64,000 bases of DNA from Phycisphaerae bacterium (GTDB taxonomy: Bacteria; Planctomycetota; Phycisphaerae; UBA1845; Fen-1342), in the NCBI GenBank assembly GCA_963675745.2, contig CAXXWX010000015.1:320001-384000 (forward strand), given 5' to 3'. The notes under the pieces are model-generated. The model was given only the letters and a program-made list of their open reading frames with translations. It had not been told where the DNA came from and searched no databases. The position numbers and the translations under genes were made by a program. Of the stretch, positions 56,108-64,000 are shown piece after piece (position 1 is the stretch's first letter; every line of letters starts with the position of its first letter).

Positions 56108-57658
56108 CTACGCCAGATTCATCGTCATCAGGAACACCGCGTTCTTCTCGACCTTTTGCAGCCGGCCGCGCAGCAGTTCCACGCTTTCCACCGGGTTCAT
56201 GTCGCTCAGTACGCGGCGGAGCATGTAGATCTTCTCGAGCTCCTGCGGGTCGAGCAGCAACTCCTCTTTCCGCGTCCCCGAGGCCGCGATGTTGATCGCC
56301 GGCCAGATGCGCTTGTCGACCAGGCGGCGGTCGAGCGCCAACTCGGAATTGCCGGTACCCTTGAACTCCTCGAAGATGACCTCGTCCATCTTTGAGCCGG
56401 TATCGACCAGGGCCGTACCGATGATCGTCAGGCTGCCGCCCTCTTCGATATTTCGCGCGGCACCAAAGAACCGCTTGGGCTTTTGAAGCGCGTTGGCGTC
56501 AACACCGCCGGAGAGAATCTTGCCTGAGTGCGGAACCTCGGTGTTGTGAGCCCGGGCCAGACGCGTGATCGAATCCAACAGGATGACCACATCGCGGCCA
56601 TACTCCACCAGCCGACGCGCCTTCTCAATCACCATATCCGCAACCTGCACGTGGCGACTGGCCGGCTCGTCAAACGTCGAGCTAATCACCTCGGCCTTGG
56701 TCGCCCGCTGCATCTCGGTCACTTCCTCGGGCCGCTCATCAATCAGCAGAATGATGACCTTGGCCTCCGGGTGATTGGTCGTGATCGCGTTCGCCATCTT
56801 CTGTAGCAGAACCGTCTTACCGGTGCGCGGCGGCGCGACGATCAGCATGCGCTGCCCGAAGCCGATCGGCGTCACCATGTCCACGATCCGCATGTTGATT
56901 TCTTTGGGATCGGTTTCGAGCACGACGCGGCGATCCGGGTGCAACGGCGTGAGATCCTCGAAATTCGTCTTCTCCGTAACCGTCTCAGGCGCCTCGAAAT
57001 TGATCGCCTCCACACGCAGCAGCGCGAAGTAGCGCTCGGATTCCTTCGGCGGTCTGATCTGACCGGCAACGATGTGACCGTTGCGCAACCCAAACCGGCG
57101 GATCTGCGACGGGCTCACATAGATGTCGTCGGGACACGGCAGATAGTTGTATTCCGGACTCCGCAGAAAGCCGAAACCGTCCGGCAGAATCTCCAGCACA
57201 CCCTCGCCGTACAGCAGGCCGTTCTGGTTTATGCGGCGTTTGAGAATGTTGAAGATCAGATCCTGCTTGGTCAGGCCGACGTAATCTTCAATCTTCTCTT
57301 CCTTGGCGACCTCGTGAAGTTCGGTGACGGTCATCTTCTGAAGGTCGGTAATGTGCAGCTCGGAACGCTTGATGCGCTCGTACTTCTCATGCGTCTCGCG
57401 GTCGATGGCCGCCTCGGCGTTGTCTTCGGCGGGCGCTTCACGCTTCTTCTTGCCGCGCGAGCCCTTCTTGCCTGACCTGCCGGAGGACTTGGCCGGCGCG
57501 GCTGTCGCCTCTTCGCCGGCGCTCTCCTCTTCGACGAATTTTGTGTCGTCGTCGGTGTCCTCGGGCGCGGTCACCGCGTCTTCGGCGTCTTCGGGAATGC
57601 TCTCGATGACATCCTGCAAGTTCTTCTTGCTGCGCGAGCGCGTAGTCGACTTGGCCAT
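56108..57658 (-). CDS. rho: Transcription termination factor Rho (acidic N-terminal extension)
   Basis: [33 protein letters not shown] and EFKGTGN. Confidence 0.98.
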   Translation of the reverse strand: MAKSTTRSRSKKNLQDVIESIPEDAEDAVTAPEDTDDDTKFVEEESAGEEATAAPAKSSGRSGKKGSRGKKKREAPAEDNAEAAIDRETHEKYERIKRSELHITDLQKMTVTELHEVAKEEKIEDYVGLTKQDLIFNILKRRINQNGLLYGEGVLEILPDGFGFLRSPEYNYLPCPDDIYVSPSQIRRFGLRNGHIVAGQIRPPKESERYFALLRVEAINFEAPETVTEKTNFEDLTPLHPDRRVVLETDPKEINMRIVDMVTPIGFGQRMLIVAPPRTGKTVLLQKMANAITTNHPEAKVIILLIDERPEEVTEMQRATKAEVISSTFDEPASRHVQVADMVIEKARRLVEYGRDVVILLDSITRLARAHNTEVPHSGKILSGGVDANALQKPKRFFGAARNIEEGGSLTIIGTALVDTGSKMDEVIFEEFKGTGNSELALDRRLVDKRIWPAINIAASGTRKEELLLDPQELEKIYMLRRVLSDMNPVESVELLRGRLQKVEKNAVFLMTMNLA

Positions 57659-57760
57659 GCGTTGTTACTCCGCGTACAACAATAGCGACGAGCCCCAGCC
57701 AGCCGTCCTCGGGTAGGAAACGGCGGGTATTGCGTTAAGACTGGCCGCAGGGGGGAGATG

Positions 57761-58381
57761 CTACGCGAGTATCCTATCGAGGATATTCACAACCTGCCCG
57801 CGTAACTGTTCGATTGATCCCTCGTTTTCCACAACAAATCCAGACCGCTTTCGTTTTTCGTCCAACGAAAGCTGCCATCCTTCCCGTTGGGCTAGCTGAT
57901 CGGCATCCCAGCTTCGTTCCCGCCGCAACCGCGCCAACCTCTGCTGTTTGCTAGTATCGACGAAAACAAGGTGATCGCACAGGCGATCGAGGCTGCTTTC
58001 AAACAGAAGCGGGGAATCGAGAATGATGGCCTTGACCACTTGGTCCGTGTTACTGCGAGAAATAATAGCATTGCGCTCCCGCGCGATCAAGGGGTGTACG
58101 AGTGATTCCAGGCGCTGTTTCTCCCGTCCGTCCGCAAAGATAATCCGGGCTATCCGGCTCCGATCCGGCTTGCCCTCTGGAGTCATAACCTCAGGCCCCC
58201 ACCAACCTTGCAACTCGCTGAGCACCTCGGGCCGCGCTAGTATCTCGTGATTCAGACGATCCGAGTCGATTATGACGCAGCCCTCCCTGGCGAACGCGTT
58301 GGCCACGGTCGATTTCCCCGCGCCGACCCCCCCGCTCAATCCAATGATCGGTTTGTGATATCCCACGCCCTCACCCACCAC
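57761..58381 (-). CDS. coaE: Dephospho-CoA kinase
   Basis: IGLSGGVGAGKST, LESLVHP and DSPLLFE; directly upstream of rho. Confidence 0.93.
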   Translation of the reverse strand: MVGEGVGYHKPIIGLSGGVGAGKSTVANAFAREGCVIIDSDRLNHEILARPEVLSELQGWWGPEVMTPEGKPDRSRIARIIFADGREKQRLESLVHPLIARERNAIISRSNTDQVVKAIILDSPLLFESSLDRLCDHLVFVDTSKQQRLARLRRERSWDADQLAQREGWQLSLDEKRKRSGFVVENEGSIEQLRGQVVNILDRILA

Positions 58382-58384
58382 CGA

Positions 58385-58584
58385 GCCGCCTCGTTGCCTA
58401 GCTGCCTAGTGCAGTTTCTCACGCTGTTTGCATCCTATGAAGGGTGGTGCGGGCGTCTCGCCCGCTTCGGAATCGGCTCCTGGCGGGCGAGACGCCCGCC
58501 CCACCCATGTTGCTGGATTGGCGAGAAGGTACACTAGTTGCCTTGTTGCCTTGTTGCCCTGTTGCCTCGTTGCCTGGCCGCCTC
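58385..58584. repeat. Composite repeat: GTTGCCTN octamer arrays flanking a REP-like inverted pair
   Basis: Three octamers at 58385-58408, six at 58537-58584; 24-bp arms at 58442-58465 and 58483-58506 (1 mismatch). Confidence 0.85.
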
Positions 58585-58702
58585 TCCGCTTCCCCCCAAA
58601 TGTCCCCCCCCACCATGGGGTTGTCAATCACGTCAAGACGCTAAAATGTCGCCTTCCGTCGGCCGGCGGGTCGGCGGCCCAACCCAACCACACGGAGCTA
58701 TC

Positions 58703-59812
58703 ATGACTCGGCCCATTCGCGTTCTCATCTCCAAGATCGGCCTCGACGGGCACGACCGCGGCGCCAAACTGATCGTCCGCAACCTGCGCGACGCCGGCAT
58801 GGAGGTCATCTATACCGGCCTGTGGCAGACACCCGCCTCAACCGTCTACGCCGCCTTGCAGGAGGATGTTGACGTGCTCGGCGTCAGTCTGCTGTCGGCC
58901 GCGCATATGACGATCATGCCGGAGTTGCAGCGCCTTTGTGGCGAAGTGGGTATCGGCGACACACCCATCGTCGTGGGCGGGATCATCCCCCAGGAAGATG
59001 GCGCCGCTTTGCGCGAGATGGGAATCGCGGGGGTCTACAACCCCGGCACGCCAACTGCGGAGATCATCGAGGATCTCCGCAACCTGGCCAAGCGCCACAG
59101 ATCGCGCCGTGAGCTCGACGAGGCGATTCCGGATGTGACGACGCCGGCCGGCTTGCCCCGCGCATTGACGCAAATCGCCGCCGGCGATGTCCGCGTGCTG
59201 GATCAGCTTCCCAAGTCCAACGCGTCCGCCGCCCTGGTTGGTATCACCGGGGCGCCGGGTGTCGGCAAGAGCACGTTCATCGGCAAGCTGACAACGCGGC
59301 TGCGCGCGCGCGGCCACCGCGTGGCCGTCGTCGCGGTCGATCCCAGCAGCCCGATTACCGGAGGTGCCGTGCTAGGCGACCGTCTGCGCATGATGTCAAA
59401 AGAGCCGGACGACGGCCGCTTCGTCCGCAGCCTGGCGTCCTTGGGAGTGGCCGGCGGACTGGCGCCCCATTGCGCCGATATCGCCCGTGTGCTGGTTGCC
59501 GCCGGCTTTGAAATCGTCCTGATCGAAACAGTCGGCGCGGGACAGAACGACGTACAGGTGCGCGACCTGACACCCGACGTGCTGCTGCTGCTCATGCCCG
59601 GTGCCGGCGATGCAATCCAGTTCGCCAAGGCCGGAGTAATCGAGATTGCCACCGGCATCGTACTGAACAAAGCTGACCTCGAGGGAGCCGATACCACCTT
59701 GCGCCAGTTACGCGACATGCTCGATGATGGTCGCCCGATCTGGGAGGTCAGCTCACTGCGAACCGAAGGGCTCGAACCGGTATGTGATTGGCTGGAGTCC
59801 CGAATCGCCTGA
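58703..59812 (+). CDS. Cobalamin-binding domain (acyl-CoA mutase small subunit) fused to a MeaB/ArgK GTPase
   Basis: GLDGHDRG B12 motif; GITGAPGVGKST, VDPSSP...LGDRLRM, ETVGAGQ and NKAD. Confidence 0.92.
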   Translation: MTRPIRVLISKIGLDGHDRGAKLIVRNLRDAGMEVIYTGLWQTPASTVYAALQEDVDVLGVSLLSAAHMTIMPELQRLCGEVGIGDTPIVVGGIIPQEDGAALREMGIAGVYNPGTPTAEIIEDLRNLAKRHRSRRELDEAIPDVTTPAGLPRALTQIAAGDVRVLDQLPKSNASAALVGITGAPGVGKSTFIGKLTTRLRARGHRVAVVAVDPSSPITGGAVLGDRLRMMSKEPDDGRFVRSLASLGVAGGLAPHCADIARVLVAAGFEIVLIETVGAGQNDVQVRDLTPDVLLLLMPGAGDAIQFAKAGVIEIATGIVLNKADLEGADTTLRQLRDMLDDGRPIWEVSSLRTEGLEPVCDWLESRIA

Positions 59813-59913
59813 GCCGGACGCTGGTCACTTCATCAATCGACAGTCCGCTGATCGAATCACGTGCCGTGCCCGCCGCTTCATCCGCATTGCGCGCGGGATC
59901 ATCGCGCGTCCGA

Positions 59914-60762
59914 TCATTCGCCGCGCGCGTCATACCAGGCCCGCCAGCGCTGCCGCGCCCGTTCGCGCGCGCTCTCCGATAACTCGCTCTCCGGCGGCGA
60001 CTTGATACCGGTGATGTGCGCGAGGGCGTTAACGGCTGCGCGCGACACGGTAATCGCGCGAGCAGTCATGGATGTCGGCACGGTCGTGGCGCCTTCACCG
60101 AGAAATTCGTCGAGCGGCGCCGCGTCGGCCGGAATCGAACGCTGATCGTCGAGCAGGCCCAGTAATGTCGGGACTGCGTCCGGATCACGCAATCCCGACA
60201 GGCTGTCAATAACCGCCGCGAGCTGTCCCGGCCGTGCGGATTCGCCGGCCAGGTCGATCAGAACCAGCGTTGCCTGTGATGTCCGCATGGTGGCCAGTGC
60301 GTTGCACGCGGCGCGCGCTGAAGCGTCATCTCCCGTCAGGAACAGGGTTTGCAGTGCGGGTAGCGCGCGAGGATCACGGCGCGCCGCCAATCCGACAGCG
60401 GCGAGCTCACGTATGCGACCATCCTCATCGTCGAGCAACGCGCCGAGTTGTGCGTCCGCCCAGCTTGTCCGCATCTGCTGAAGGACAACCACGCCGAGTT
60501 GGCGCAACTCCGCATCAGAGCTACGCATAAGTGCTGATGCGCCCCACGCCGCATCGTCGCCCAGGTTAGCCAGCGCCGCGACATACGCCACGCGTCGAAC
60601 CGGATCAGGCGTTCTGGCCAGTTGATACGCCCAGTATCGACCATACAGCTGATCTCGCAGAAACAGCGCAAGCGCGCACGCGACAATGGTCGCCAACACC
60701 ATGATCAACGGCAAACGCGACCTGCGCCGGCGTGTTTGCAACTCACCTTCCGCGGCGTTCAT
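59914..60762 (-). CDS. Membrane-anchored HEAT/PBS-lyase repeat protein
   Basis: N-terminal TM helix; repeated LLDDED..IRELAAVGL-type units. Confidence 0.8.
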   Translation of the reverse strand: MNAAEGELQTRRRRSRLPLIMVLATIVACALALFLRDQLYGRYWAYQLARTPDPVRRVAYVAALANLGDDAAWGASALMRSSDAELRQLGVVVLQQMRTSWADAQLGALLDDEDGRIRELAAVGLAARRDPRALPALQTLFLTGDDASARAACNALATMRTSQATLVLIDLAGESARPGQLAAVIDSLSGLRDPDAVPTLLGLLDDQRSIPADAAPLDEFLGEGATTVPTSMTARAITVSRAAVNALAHITGIKSPPESELSESARERARQRWRAWYDARGE

Positions 60763-60897
60763 AGCGCGGATTATACGTGTTCAGCCGCTGCCAGTCTGAT
60801 AAGCGCCGCGCGAGTTTTTTGTGATAGGTGTTTGGCTTTACTTGTGTATGATTAAGGACGTCTTGGGTAGCGCACACACCGTCGACGCGGACAGGAA

Positions 60898-61725
60898 ATG
60901 GGCACGCACAAACATCCATTCGACCAACTGATGGAACTCGATACCGCCGACATCCACTTGGATTGTGCGGCGTTGCAATTGGCGCGCGACGTATATCCTT
61001 ACATCGATCTGCGCGCATACCTGCACCGGCTCGACGCGCTGGCCGATGAGGTTGCGGCGCTGCGTCCCGGCATTGCCGCGCCGCGCCGCTACGAAGCGCT
61101 GCGCGAGGTGCTCGTCGATCGGCACGGGTTCAGCGGTCCCGAAGAAGATTACTACGACGCGCAGAACTCGTATCTGAATCGCGTGCTGGATCGCGGCGTG
61201 GGCATCCCGATCAGCCTGTCACTGGTATGGCTGGAGGTTGCGCGCCGCTTGAACTGGACGGTGTGTGGTATTGGTTTTCCAGGTCGTTTGCTGGTGCGCT
61301 TCGACGATCACGAGCGCTATGTCGTGGCCGACCCGTTTGACGAAGGCAGTTCGTTGTCGCTCGAGGACTGCCGGGCGCTGCTGTGCGCGCAGGCTGGGGC
61401 GGAGGCCGTGCTCAAGGCGGAGCACATGGCGCCGATCGACACGCGCGCCGTATTGGCGCGAGCGCTTAATCATCTGCGGACGGTTTACCTGATCAACAAC
61501 GATTGGCCGCGGCTGGCGAATGTGCTGCGCCGCCTGGCCGCCGTCGAGCCGGCCAACGGCGAGCCTCTCTGCGAGCTGGCCGCGCTGCACTGCCGTCTCG
61601 GCAACATGCGGCACGCCTACGCACACCTGGCCGTGTACCTGGAGCGCATCCCCGACGGCTCGAACACGGCGCTGGTGCGCTCGAGCCTGCGACGTATCGA
61701 AGCTGCAATCTCCGCGCTGAACTGA
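60898..61725 (+). CDS. SirB1/transglutaminase-like protein with C-terminal TPR
   Basis: YYDAQNSYLNRVLDRGVGIPISL, GFPG and DPF. Confidence 0.88.
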   Translation: MGTHKHPFDQLMELDTADIHLDCAALQLARDVYPYIDLRAYLHRLDALADEVAALRPGIAAPRRYEALREVLVDRHGFSGPEEDYYDAQNSYLNRVLDRGVGIPISLSLVWLEVARRLNWTVCGIGFPGRLLVRFDDHERYVVADPFDEGSSLSLEDCRALLCAQAGAEAVLKAEHMAPIDTRAVLARALNHLRTVYLINNDWPRLANVLRRLAAVEPANGEPLCELAALHCRLGNMRHAYAHLAVYLERIPDGSNTALVRSSLRRIEAAISALN

Positions 61726-61958
61726 ATCACCGCCGCGCCAGATATGGCGTATGTCCACTGCGCGCGCTCACATCCGGGGGAATCGTACACTCGCGTCACT
61801 TGACGGCCGACCATAGAATTGCGGCGTAACGTCGCGTATGCGTTCGGTGAATAGCAGCCGCCACGGGGGCAGTTGCTGCGCGACGGCGAAAGGCGCTCCA
61901 ACCAGCCGCGCGCGCCATCTCGCCTGGCCCTGGCCAATCTGCGAGGCTCGGACAAGCG

Positions 61959-62255
61959 ATGCCTGTGGCAAACATCAATCCGGTCTTCTCCCTGGCGGTC
62001 GCGCTCCTGGCGGTGATCGCCGCCTCGATCGCCGGCTGGATTGTCGTGCGGCGTGTGCGCGCCTGGGCGAACGAGGAGATTCTGACGGAGCCGTTCACGC
62101 TCCAGGATTTGCGCATGATGCGCGACAATGGCGAGATCACGCCCGATGAGTACGAGACCATGCGCGACGCGTTGCTGAATCGCGTGAAGGCGTCGCTGGA
62201 CAACGAGTCGGATGCCGGCCAGCGGCCACCGGATTCCCCCCCAGACGCCGGATGA
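61959..62255 (+). CDS. Small membrane protein with a SHOCT-like domain
   Basis: TM helix plus LRMMRDNGEITPDEYE. Confidence 0.7.
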   Translation: MPVANINPVFSLAVALLAVIAASIAGWIVVRRVRAWANEEILTEPFTLQDLRMMRDNGEITPDEYETMRDALLNRVKASLDNESDAGQRPPDSPPDAG

Positions 62256-62331
62256 TGACGACGCCGGCTGATCCCAAAATGTGCGGAGCCGAGCGCCAAG
62301 CCGGAACGCAGGTGCGTAACCAGTGGATATA

Positions 62332-62354
62332 ACCGGTCGAAAACCGGTGCCCCA
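62332..62354 (+). repeat. REP-like hairpin related to the one at 19404
   Basis: ACCGGT-CGAAA-ACCGGT-GCCCCA. Confidence 0.5.
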
Positions 62355-62495
62355 AAGACAATCACTCGCAGCGCTCCCCAATGTGTGCCCGGGCTGCTAG
62401 AATCGATTTAGGATCGCCGGTGAGATCGGTCGAAAACGAAGGTGAACGAGGCCGGGCATAACAACGGTAACCGGGCTCGCGAATGAGGATTTTGG

Positions 62496-63779
<1,284 letters not shown>

Positions 63780-64000
63780 GCGAACAACCGCGCCCCAGCG
63801 ATCATGCGCGGACCATTATAGGACGTACCAGAACTCACTCTAAAACCGCCCCTTGCTGCACAATACACCTGCCAACAGCGCGGCGTTCAAGCCGCAGTCA
63901 GCGTCACCCCGAAAGAATAGTCGCAATGTGTCCCGTACTGGAAGGGTTCCCGGGAGACGGTATACGCACTCCGGGCGCTCAACGCTGGGTGGTGGCAAAT

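Noticed and set aside
58621..58647. sigma70 promoter TTGTCA...TAAAAT upstream of the B12-MeaB gene
   Set aside because: Spacer is only 15 nt, too weak to call.
63925..64000. Possible tRNA (GGAAG start like tRNA-Sec) or riboswitch at the window end
   Set aside because: No cloverleaf, anticodon arm or TTC-GA loop is recognisable, and the sequence is truncated.

Overview
A GC-rich bacterial chromosome segment, most likely Planctomycetota of class Phycisphaerae. That placement is inferred from the C-terminal dockerin-like domains, an IPTP variant of PEP-CTERM, an ECF sigma/Ser-Thr kinase module, a short NuoG and short intergenic repeat arrays. Most of the window is housekeeping: ada, fbaB, sucD, proS, a complete 14-gene nuoA-N operon, tmk-holB, pgi, manC, rho, coaE and clpX. 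Accessory modules include a GH18 behind a sigma54 promoter, SpoIID/SGNH/GT2/GNAT genes, a CHASE2 adenylate cyclase, tryptophanase, pyruvoyl arginine decarboxylase plus agmatinase, a KamA radical SAM enzyme, an ECF/zf-HC2/kinase/LamG module and a B12-domain-MeaB fusion. No rRNA, tRNA, CRISPR array, transposase or prophage is visible. The best leads are: (1) both genes of the tmk-holB pair carry inserted loops with a beta-clamp-binding-like QxxLF motif, suggesting a replisome-tethered dTMP kinase; (2) an unannotated, terminated, GGA-rich structured RNA at about 47.05-47.2 kb that resembles a CsrA-sponge sRNA or an attenuator; (3) a cluster of about five single-base indels at 41.6-42.6 kb that hides one gene and splits tnaA; (4) several families of heptamer/octamer arrays and REP/MITE-like inverted repeats. 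All family calls come from motif recognition only; no searches were run.
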